Below, piece by piece: positions 1 to 16,279 of a DNA stretch of 64,000 nt (positions are counted from its first letter, which is position 1; the number at the start of each line of letters is the position of its first letter). The notes beneath the pieces are model-generated. The model was not told the origin of the DNA, made no database searches, and was given only the letters and a program-made list of their open reading frames with translations. Made by a program: the position numbers and the translations under genes. The DNA comes from the human T2T-CHM13v2.0 reference genome, Homo sapiens. The stretch lies in NCBI RefSeq assembly GCF_009914755.1, contig NC_060943.1. One strand, written 5' to 3'.

Positions 1-3000
1 CTGCCTACCACAGTCAGCACCTGCAAGCACCACCAGATGGCTCAAGGACAGTCCCTGGCCTGAGAGTGCCATCCAGGGGTCTGGGGATCGCCCAGCCCAG
101 TCCACAACCGTTGGCACCTGAGCACTCCTCCCAGGGTCTGAGGTCAGGCCTACACAACCTGCCACTACCACCACAGCTGGCAGCCACCTGCACACACCAC
201 CTGCAGACCTGGGGACTTGTCTGCCCAGCCCATTGTAGCCACTGCCAACACCAGCATGGACTGCATAGGTTCCAGAAGGTTGTCCCACCACTGCTACTGG
301 CATAGGCCACACAATTCAGCTGCACAGGGGGTTAGGGACCCACCTAACCACCCAGCCCATTGCTGCCACTCCTGGCACTCAAGCAAGCCACCTGAAGGCC
401 CAAGAATTGGCCACAGTGGCTCATGCCTGTAATCCCAACACTTTGGAAGACCAAGGTTGTTGTGGGAAGTCAGGGACCCCAAACGGAGGGACCGGCTGAA
501 GCCATGGCAGAAGAACGTGGATTGTGAAGATTTCATGGACATTTATTAGTTCCCCAAATTAATACTTTTATAATTTCTTATGCCTGTCTTTACTGCAGTC
601 TCTAAACATAAATTGTAAAGATTTCATGGACACTTATCACTTCCCCAGTCAATACCCTTGTGATTTCCTATGCCTGTCTTTACTTTAATCTCTTAATCCT
701 GTCAGCTGAGGAGGATGTATATCGCCTCAGAACCCTGTAATAATTGCATTAACTGCACAAATTGTACAGCATGTGTGTTTGAGCAATATGAAATGTGGGC
801 ACCTTGAAAAAACAATAGGATAACAGCAATTGTTCAGGGAATAAGAGGGATAACCTTAAACTGTGACCACCAGTGAGCCGGGCAAAACAGAGCCATATTT
901 CTCTTCTTTCAAAAGCAAATGGGAGAAATATCGCTGAATTATTTTTCTCAGCATGGAACATCCCTGAGAAAGAGAATGCACACCTGGGGGTGGGTCTCTG
1001 ACCTGGCCCCCCGGGCGTGGTCATCTCTTATGGTTGAGACTGCAGAGGTGAAATAGACTCCAGTCTCCCATAGTGCTCCCAGGCTTATGAGGAAGAGGAA
1101 ATTCCCACCTAATAATTTCTGGTCAGACCAGCTGATCTCAAAACCCTGTCTCCTGATAAGATGTTATCAATGACAGTGGTGCCTGAAACTTCATTAGCAA
1201 TTTTAATTTCACCTCGGTCCTGTGGTCCTGTGATCTTGCCCTGCCTCCACTTGCCTTGTGATATTCTATTACCTTGTAAAGTACTTGATGTCTGTGACCC
1301 ACACCTGTTCGCACACTCCCTCCCCTTTTGAAACTCCCTAATAAAAACTTGCTGGGTTTTGTGGCTTGTGGGGCATCATGGAACCTACCGACATGTGATG
1401 TCTCCCCCGGATGCCCAGCTTTAAAATTTCTCTCTTTTGTACTTTGTCCCTTTATTTCTCAAGCTGGCTGATACTTAAGGAAAATAGAAAAGAACCTACG
1501 TGAATATCGGGGCAGGTTCCCTGATAGAGGTGAGAGGAGCACTTGAGCCCGGGAGTTCAAGACCAGCATAGGCAACATGGCAAGACCCCATCTGTACAAA
1601 AATAATTTTTAATTAGCTGGGTGTGATGGCTCACGCCTGTAGTGATGGCTATTCAGGAGGCTGAGGTGAGAGGACTATTTGAGCCTGGGAGGTTGAGGCT
1701 GCAGTGAGCCATGATTGCACCACTATACCCCAGCTTGAGTCAGAGTGAGATCTTGTCTGAATAAAAAAAGAACCAATCTGCCTGGACCCCTCTAACACCA
1801 GTGCCAGCATATGCTACCGTGGGACCAAAAGACAGGCATGCTCAGCCCACTGCTGCCAACAATGGGGCCTGGAGACTGGTCCATGTGGCTGGCAACCCAG
1901 TCCCAAGTAAAACTTCACCACAGCCTACACTGACAACAGCACCCTGAGCCACTGAGGAAATCACAGAAACCACTGACACCGTTTGCAGTTGAAGCAATCA
2001 TACAGAGACTACACTACTTCATGCACCTAGAATCAAAGACAAGGTGCCTATCCAACCAACACCACAGATACATCTTCAAGAAAAATTCCTCCCCTATGAA
2101 AGCAAATTCAAAACATTGGAAGAAGCAACTATTACACCAGATGTGAAGATCTCAATGTAAGAACACAAGAAACATGAAAAAGCAAGGAAATATGACATAA
2201 CCAAAGGAACACATTAATTCTCCAGCAAAGATCCCAATCAAAAAGAAATTTATAAAATCTGAAAAAATAATTCAAAATATTTATCTTACTTTTATTTATT
2301 TATTTTGAGATAGGGTCTCATTCTGTCACCCAGGCTGGAATGCAGTGGTGTGATCATGGCTCAGTGCAGCTTCGACCTCCCAGCCTTGAGTGATCCTCCC
2401 ACCCCAGCCTCAAGCGGTCCTCCCACCTCAGCCTCCAGAAGGGCTGCGACTATAGGCACACATCACCATATTCCACTTTTTTTTTTTTTTTTAATTAGAG
2501 ATGAGGTTCTCCTTATGTTCCCCAGGCTGGTCTTGAATTCCTGGGCTCAAGTGATTCTCTCCCGTCAGCCTCCCAAAGTGCTGAGATTACCGGTGTGAGC
2601 CACTCTACCCAACCAAAAATATTGATTTTAAAGAAGCTCAGTGAGACACAAGATAATAATGAAAAACAAAACAAAGGCATCAGAAAAAAACCAATTCAGG
2701 ATATTAATGAGACATTTTCAAACAGATATCATTTAAAAAAACAAATTCTGGAGCTGAAGAATTCACTGAATAAAATATAAAATACATTCAAAAGCTTCAA
2801 CAATACACTACATCAAGCAGAAGAAAGAATCTCAGAACTTGAAGACAAGTCTTTTGAAATAACCCTGTCAGACAAAAAAAAAAAAAAAAAAAGAATTTTT
2901 GAAAATGAAGAAAACCTACATGACATATTGGGACACCAATATAGGAGAACAAATATTAGAATTTTAGATGTTCCAGGAGGTGAAGAGAAAACAAAAGGGC

Positions 3001-3975
3001 TGGAAAACCTATTTAATGAAATAATAGATGAAAACATCCCAAGTCTAGCAAGAGAGATTTGAACTTGCAGATTCAGGAGGCTCAGAGATCTCCAAATAGA
3101 CACAATTTTAAAAGATCTTGGCCAAGGACAGCAGCTCACACCTGTACTCCCAGCACTTTGAAAGGCCAAGACGGGAGTTGTTCAAGACCAGCCTGGGCAA
3201 CATAGCAAGACTCCATCTCTACAAAAAATAAAATAATTAGCTGGATGTGGTGGCACATGTGTGTAGTCCTGGCTATGCAGCAGGCTGAGACGGAAGGACT
3301 GCTTGAGCTACCATTAGAGCTCAAGGCTGCAGTGAGCTAGGATCATGCCACTGAATTCCAGCCTGCGCCACAGACTGAGGCCCTGTCTCTAAAAAAAAAA
3401 AAAAATTAAAAATTAAAATAAATTAATTTCAAATATAATGATATTGATAAGTTAAAAGAGAATAGGAAAAAAGATACACCATGTAAATACTAACCAAAAG
3501 AAAGCTGAGTGGCATTACTAATATCAGAAAATGCCAGTTTCAGAGAAAATCAGAGCAGAGATTATGAAATTATACAAAATTATTTAAAAAAGACCTGGTG
3601 CAGTGGCTCACGCCTGTAATCCTAGCACTCTGGGAGACTGAGGTGGGCGGATCACTTGAGGTCAGGAGTTTGAGACCAGCCTGGCCAACATGGCAAAACC
3701 TTGTCTCTACTAAAAATACAAAAATTAGCCAGGCGTGGTAGCATACGCCCATAATCCCAGCTACTCGGGAGGCTGAGGCAGGAGATTGCTTGAACACAGG
3801 GTGCAGAGGTTGCAGTGAGCCCTCAAAAAAAATAACGAAAATTATAAAAAGATCAGTTCACCAAGAAAACATAATAATCCTAAATGCTATGCCTCATATA
3901 TCAGAGTTTCAAAATACATAAACAAAAAGCTATCAGAACTCATTATAGTTGAGAACTTTTATACATCTCTCTCAG
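1..3975 (+). mobile_element. Fragmented old L1 (5'UTR repeats, ORF1, endonuclease remnant), interrupted by Alus and MER11
   Basis: CCACTGCCA/GGCCCAAG-type 5'UTR repeats; ORF1-like GAAAGAATCTCAGAACTTGAAGACAAGTCTTTTGAAATAA; A-rich strand bias. Confidence 0.75.
458..1526 (+). mobile_element. MER11 solo LTR (HERV-K11/HML-8), probably MER11C, inserted in an Alu
   Basis: Starts TGTTGTGGGAAGTCAGGGACCCC and ends GGGGCAGGTTCCCTGATA; 1069 bp; flanks aaggt/gaggt; Alu halves on both sides. Confidence 0.9.
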
Positions 3976-4304
3976 CAATTGGGAGCGTTCTCAAAGTTAT
4001 AAAGGGCCTGAGTTGGGGGAAAAACACATCTATAGTGCAGTCATGAAAATGTAGCCTCAGGGAAAAGATGAAGCCAATGTTTATTCTTTCTGTGAAACAG
4101 CAGGGCCTCTAAGAATCTGTCATTTTTGGGCCAGGCATGGTGGCTCACGCCTGTAATCCCAGCACTTTGGGAGGCTGAGGCGGGCGGATCACGAGGTCAG
4201 GAGATCGAGACCATCCTGGCCAACATGGTGAAACCCCGTCTCTATTAAAAATACAAAAAAATTAGCTGGGCGTGGTGGCGGGCACCTGTAGTCCCAGCTA
4301 CTCA

Positions 4305-6250
<1,946 letters not shown>

Positions 6251-7257
6251 CACTTAAACCCTTCTCAAAAAGAACCACTGGAAAGTTATACCAAAGAGTA
6301 ATAAAATGGTTTTTTTTAAGAGGGAATTGATGGAACAGATTGTATGGAACACAAACTGATGCAAAATTTCTCTGAACACATTTTATGTTTTTAACTTTAA
6401 AATCATGAAAATGTTATAGTCTTTAAAAGTAAAATTGAATCAGAAATAAAAATGGCAGTCCTTGAACACTGAAAATAAATAGAAACGAATGAATCTAGCT
6501 GGAAATCAGGTTGGTTAGAACTAAGCATTTTCCCTCTACATTCGTAGTGAATGATATTTGAAGGACGGAGAGTGATGCCAAGAAATCTTCAACTTCATTC
6601 AGCATTCATGTTTGGTAGTAATGCTCGTATTCTGTTGTAAGTATTTTATACTGTTTATAGATCACAGCACATACATTAGTTCATTGTTAAAATCCAACAA
6701 GATGTTCAGGGGAAAAGCAAAAGACGCGAGAATAAAATTAAAGTTAAAAATAATGTGGTATTAAATTTGAATTGGAAGTATCAATATAAACTCAGTTTTT
6801 ATTCTCCTAAGTTAAAAAAACTTTTAATTGAACTATAATAAACGTAAAGTATACAAATGTACAACTCAATGAATTTTCACAAACTGAATACATCAGAGTA
6901 ATCAGCACGCAAATCAAGCAACAAAACATTACTAGCATCTACAGAAACCTCCCATTGCTCTTACCATCACTATCCCTCCTGCCATGTACCCCTACCCCCC
7001 TCACCCCCACCAGTATCTTTTTTTTTTTTTTAGAGACGGAGTCTCTCTCTGTTGCCCAGGTTGGAGTGCAGTGGCGCGATCTCGGCTCACTGCAAGCTCC
7101 GCCTCCTGGGTTCACGCCATTCTCCTGCCTCAGCCACCTGAGTAGCGGGGACTACAGGCGCCCGCCACCATGCCCCGCTAATTTTGTTTTTGTATTTTTA
7201 GTAGAGACAGGGTTTCACCGTGTTAGCCCGGATGGTCTCGATCTCCTGACATCATGA

Positions 7258-7595
<338 letters not shown>

Positions 7596-7688
7596 TGAGC
7601 CACGGTGCCTGGCCGTATCCTGACTTCTAACTACATTAAAAAGTTCTCAATTTTTGTATTCCATATAATCATATAGTATGTCCTCTTT

Positions 7689-8650
7689 TGAAGGGGTGGG
7701 TTGCCCCTCCACACCTGTGGGTGTTTCTCGTAAGGTGGAACGAGAGACTTAGGAAAGAAAAAGACACAAAGTATAGAGAAAGAAATAAGGGGACCCGGGG
7801 AACCAGCGTTCAGCATATGGAGGATCTCGCCAGCCTCTGAGTTCCCTTAGTATTTATTCATCATTCGTGGGTGTTTCTCCGAGAGGGGGATATGTCAGGG
7901 TCACAAGACAATTGTGGGGAGAGGGTCAGCAGACAAACACGTGAACAAAGGTCTTTGCATCATAGACAATGTAAAGGATTAAGTGCTGTGCTTTTAGATA
8001 TGCATACACATAAACATCTCAATGCTTTACAAAGCAGTATTGCTGCCCGCAGGTCCTACCTCCAGCCCTAAGGCGGTTTTTCCCTATCTCAGTAGATGGA
8101 ACGTACAATCGGGTTTTATACCAAGACATTCCATTGCCCAGGGACGGGCAGGAGACAGATGCCTTCCTCTTGTCTCAACTGCAAGAGGCATTCCTTCCTC
8201 TTTTACTAATCCTCCTCAGCACAGACCCTTTACGGGTGTCGGGCTGGGGGACGGTCAGGTCTTTCCCTTCCCACGAGGCCATATTTCAGACTATCACATG
8301 GGGAGAAACCTTGGACAATACCTGGCTTTCCTAGGCAGAGGTCCCTGCGGCCTTCCGCAGTGTTTGTGTCCCTGGGTACTTGAGATTAGGGAGTGGTGAT
8401 GACTCTCAAGGAGCATGCTGCCTTCAAGCAGCTGTTTAACAAAGCACATCTTGCACCGCCCTTAATCCATTTAACTCTGAGTTGACACAGCACATGTTTC
8501 AGAGAGCACGGGGTTGGGGGTAAGGTTATAGATTAACAGAATCTCAAGGCAGAAGAATTTTTCTTAGTACAGAACAAAATGGAGTCTCCTATGTCTACTT
8601 CTTTCTACACAGACACAGTAACAATCTGATCTCTCTTGCTTTTCCCCACA
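7689..8650 (-). mobile_element. HERV-K(HML-2) solo LTR, LTR5_Hs-like
   Basis: Minus strand TGTGGGGAAAAGCAAGAGAGATCAGATTG...GGGGCAACCCACCCCTTCA; 962 bp; perfect 6-bp TSD CTCTTT (7683-7688 and 8651-8656). Confidence 0.95.
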
Positions 8651-10204
8651 CTCTTTTATGTCTGGCTTCTTTTGCCCAGCATTATGCTTTTGAGATTTAT
8701 CTGTATTGTACACAGTCATAGGTTGTTCATTTTCATTGCAGTATAGTGTTGATTCAGAAATTTTATTTCTGCAGAAAAGCAACAGTTCAATATTCAGAAA
8801 GAACAGGTGACTTTAGAACATGATGCCACATCCAGGGAAACATACCTCACATCCACCTTCCAACACAACTAACCACCTGACATGAGGTCCGAACTTTCCA
8901 CCTTTGCTGTCACCTGTTTTGGTTACAGCAGTTATCTGTTAAAATGGGTTCATATCCCATACTCACAAGCATTAAGAGTGAAAGTTACAGGGTAAAAGGT
9001 GCTTCAGATACATTAAGTTAAATAAAATCAATTAAACTCTCATTACTTCATTATTTGGAGAAGCTATAGTTTTATTTTCTTAATTATTAATTTTAATATG
9101 CTCATTTAACCACAGAATGCTTTCTAAAAATACCATCAAGCACTAGTGTTTCCTGGGAAATGGTTTCAAATGCTATCAAGTTTCATATTCCATTTGAGAA
9201 ATGGAATATAATGATGTAATACACTGAACATCATGGCTTCCCAATTATAACAGCAAATACAGTTCATAATGGATGACCACGGTGAAATCACCGAAGTCCA
9301 ACTGATGCAATCATTTATAAGAACTCTGTCTTTATTAATTTTGAGAAGGTAATTTTAAGGTGTTGGGTTACACTTTTACATACATAAAATTCATTCCATT
9401 CTTAATACATAGAAAGCTAAAAAAAAAAAAAAAAAAAAGACAATAAGCATGAATTGAGATGATACTGGGCCAGAATCGTATCTCTTTTACTATCATTATG
9501 ATGTTCTGAAGGTAGAATGCCTAGAATCTAAATATATAATTAAAGCTGGATGGATCTGGTCCAAGTTATTCCACATAAATGATTTTCTATTCTAAACTGT
9601 TGGATATAATTTCCCATAGAAATTAGAATTACCAGATTTCTCTTCATACGGAAAATGTCTAGATTTTCGTTTTGCCAGCCCTCCTCACCTAGTTCTTATA
9701 ATCAGTTTTAGGTTAGTCTTGTAGAATAGTATGTTGGAAAAATTTAGCAATTACCAATTCTTCAAAGATTTTACTTGTAAAAAATTAGGTTCTCGGAGTC
9801 TCTCTGAGACCACTCTGGCTCAGGAGAGTAGGATTTTTTTTTTTTAAAGTTAGATTCTAAATGTATTCTTTTAGAAAGCGTATCTTCTAACCGTCTTAAT
9901 TTTTCATTTGTTTGTTGGTCTACTCAGGCTCTCTTCATTCAGCATGTGAAGTCAATTTTAGTAATTTTTACCATAAAATAATTCTGGATTTTCAATATTT
10001 TAAAATACATGTATAGTGTGTGTATAAATATAAATATATATACCTACACACTATACACACACACATTACATATATGTAGTATAGCAACTTATAACTTTAA
10101 AAATCCATAGCTGTCACTTTTATCATTCATATAGCTGTAGCTGTGTAATCTTTCATATTTCTGTGATCAAAACTGCAAAGGTCTTGACTATATTGGTATC
10201 TTTT

Positions 10205-10243
10205 AAAGAAACACACACAAAAAAACCAAGTCTACTTTTTATT
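10205..10243 (-). terminator. Candidate main ZFP30 poly(A) site
   Basis: Minus-strand AATAAA at 10238-10243, followed by a U/GU-rich element (TTTTTTTGTGTGTGTTT). Other AATAAA at 11874-11879, 10342-10347, 9331-9336 and 8762-8767. Confidence 0.55.
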
Positions 10244-10627
10244 GTTTATGCCAGCGCTGACAATAGAAATACGTGAGCTACATATATAAATTTTCCTATA
10301 ACAATTTTAAAAACAAAAAAGTGTTATTCATTTTAATGTATTTTATTTGAACCAATATATCTAAAATATTATTTCAATATGTACTCAATATGAAAAATTG
10401 AGATACTTAACTTTTTTAAAATAACTAAGTCTTCAGAATCTTGTGTTTTACAAAAAAACACCATTTGAATTTGGACTAGCCACATTTCAGTGCTCAATAA
10501 CTCAATTTCAAGTGCTCAACAGGTTGCTAGTGACTACCATATATTAGTACAGGTCTAGTCCATTATTTCCCACATTTAGCAGTAGTAATTGCTTTCTTTT
10601 ACTCATTCTTTAAACATATGAAGTGAG

Positions 10628-10970
<343 letters not shown>

Positions 10971-11093
10971 CTAAATAAAATGTGGACCTACATTTTAACT
11001 TCCTGAATACATTATCGTCATTATAGTGTAATTAATATTCCAATCCCAATGTGTAGAGCTTTGGCAACATCCACAAGTTTTAATATGTAGAAA

Positions 11094-11388
<295 letters not shown>

Positions 11389-12719
11389 AGAAATTTTTTT
11401 TAAAATAATTCATTTTAAACTGGCTATAATTTCATGGATAATTTGATCTTTAAAAGAACATCATGGAAAATTTTAAATACACAAAAGTAGAATAGCAAAA
11501 ACAAAACAAATAAAAACCATGTATCCAAGACTTAGGTTACCATCATTTTGCCAAACTTGTTATTCATCCTCATTTTTCTTTTGTATGAACAAAAGGACAT
11601 TCCAGATATATCATCTCCTGTGTATAGACTTCAGAAATTATCTCTAACAAATACACTTTTACATAACCACAATGCTATTATCACACATAACAAAGTTTCT
11701 TAATATTATCTAATATTGTCAATATTCCATTCTCCCAATTATTGTTAAGTATCTCTTCTTTTACATGTTTGTTCAACTCATGATCTAAGTAAAAACCACT
11801 GTTTCATTGCATTTGACTGATGTCTCAAGTCTGTCAATACCTAGGAGTTCCACCTTATTTCTTAAAATGCCATTTTATTGGTTGGGAAACCAGGTGATTC
11901 CTCTTGTAGAATTACCCTTATTTTAGATTTAATTGCTCCTTTTTGTGTCATGTAATTTACTCTTCCATTCCTTGAATTTTCTCTAAACTGGGAGTTGGCT
12001 CTTGAGGCTTAAATTCAGGTTCAATATTTTTGGCAAGATGTGTATATCTTACTGTAGCACATTAGGAGGCACGTAATTTTTACTCTCTTGCTTTTTGTGA
12101 AGTTGAGATGATGAGTGGGTTCAGACGTTGTCAGTCTCATCTATTCACTATAAAGTTCACAACCTTCACTGAATGGTGTCAACCTGTACAGAGAATCATG
12201 CCTAGATCCATTATTTCATTATGTGTTACACAATAGTTTTTCTAATATAATTTTCTATTATTCTTTCTGCATTCATTAGCCTGGAATTTTCTAATAAAGA
12301 AGAACTTTACCTCCTTAACTTCTGGTTGCCCTGAAATACAGTTCCTACAGGAAATGCAGACTAAATGACTTTCCTTTCATTTACACATTTTCAGAATGAA
12401 GTGGTTCCCTAGCAACCTTCGTGTGTATATACACAGATGGAAGAATATGGAGATAATAATAGGTAAGATCAAAAGCTTTTCCACATTCAGTCCTGTAATA
12501 AAGTTCTTTTCTAGGATGAATTTCCTAAAGTTTAACATGGTTTCAAAGGTGATGAAAGGCTTCTATATGTTCATTAACATATTCTTTCCTTTAAATAAAA
12601 CTTCCTATGCTTAGTTGTGAGCATGAAGCAAAAGGGATTCCCACGTTCAAAAACCTTTCCTCTAGAATGTACTTCCTATGCTCAACATAAAATTCGCAAA
12701 GGAAGAGTTCTAATAATTA

Positions 12720-14243
<1,524 letters not shown>

Positions 14244-14501
14244 TTATTTGGGTGCAGATCAAAGTTTGAGACTCCCCACTTAAATTTTTCAATTTCTCTT
14301 TTCAGTTAGAATACAGAGCAAATACTTTATCAGGAGTAACATGGACTCTGTCGAACACAAGGTATCAACTCAAGCCACTGTCCCCTTTGCTGTCCATGTC
14401 CCTATGACACTTGCCTGCCTCCTTTCTGCTCCTAGAATGTGTCACAATCTTTCTTTTCTTTTTTTTTTTTCGAGACGGAGTCTCTGTCGCCCAGGTTGTA
14501 G

Positions 14502-14852
<351 letters not shown>

Positions 14853-14890
14853 TAAAAATCAGAAAAATGATCCCTGCTGACTTCATGTAA

Positions 14891-15058
<168 letters not shown>

Positions 15059-16252
15059 TGAGCCTCCCAAGTAGGTAGGATTACAGGCATGTGCCACCGC
15101 TGTATTTTTAGTAGAGATGGGGTTTCACCATCTTGGCCAAGCTGGTCTTGAACTCCTGACCTCGTGATCCACCTGCCTCGGCCTCCCAAAGTGTCAGAAT
15201 TACAGGCGTCAGCCACCGCGCCCAGCCTACTTCTTTCCTTTTTTTTTGAGACAGAGTCTCACTGTGTTGCCCAAGCTGAAGTGCAGTGGCATGATCTCGG
15301 TTCACTGCAATCTCTACCCCAGGGTTCAAGCAATTCTCGTGTCTCAGCCTCCCAAGTAACTGGGATTACAAGTGCCCGCCACCACACCTGGCTAATTTTT
15401 GTATTTTTAGTAGAGACAGTTTCACAATGTTGGCCAGGCTGATCTCGAACTCCTGTCCTCAAGTGATCTGCCCGCCTCAGCCTCCCAAAGTGCTGGGATT
15501 ACAGGTGTGAGCCACCATGCCTGGCTACTTATTTCTTGCTGAACACTTTTCTCAACTGGGTTGTTATTCATTAATTTCTCCACTTATTATTCTCTTTATT
15601 TTCTTACCTTAAACTTCCCCAAGGGCAGAAACAATTTTTCACTCACCAGTGAATAGCAAATCCACAGTACATATTAACTGTGAATTAAATTCTCATAATT
15701 AGTCAACAATTATGGCATATGGTATCCTGCCTCCAATCTTAAACCTTACTACACTGATTAAACATTCTTTTTATCACTTCCTACAGAGATGGGAAACAAG
15801 TACATCTAAGCTATCTCAGTAAAATATATAAATGGAAAATAGTGATTTCTTTACACTTCATCATCCTTCCAATTGCCTCTTCATGTACACTTGCAGATAC
15901 CTCCACTGCAGTTCAATTCCTACTTTGCATAATCGTAAGTGAACTTTGCCCCCTTTCACGACCAAGGTAATAAGAGTCTCTAAATATTTATCTTTACTTG
16001 AGTTTACGTAACTTGCACATCTATGTTACAGGTTCCCCGTATCTTCCTGAAAGTCCCCATAATGCCATTTGTGTACTTCCTAGAGAATATTTCAGTGATT
16101 TTCCAGGTGTAACAACAGGTTTATACTATGGTAAAAGGCTAGTAAAATTCTGAGCAAAGAGATGTTTTTTGCAAATGCACCTGTTCTCAAAATCTTTGCA
16201 ATAGGAATTCAATACTCTTCAAAAAGGAAAAGGTATTTTAAATAATGTTGCT

Positions 16253-16279
16253 TTAGGGTTAGGGTTAGAGTTAGGGTTA
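16253..16279 (+). repeat. Short interstitial telomeric sequence
   Basis: TTAGGG TTAGGG TTAGAG TTAGGG TTA. Confidence 0.9.

Noticed and set aside
8750-9440. Unique stretch ending in an A-tract, as a plus-strand retrocopy
   Set aside because: No TSD, ORF or suitably placed plus-strand poly(A) signal; it fits better as distal ZFP30 3'UTR or flank.
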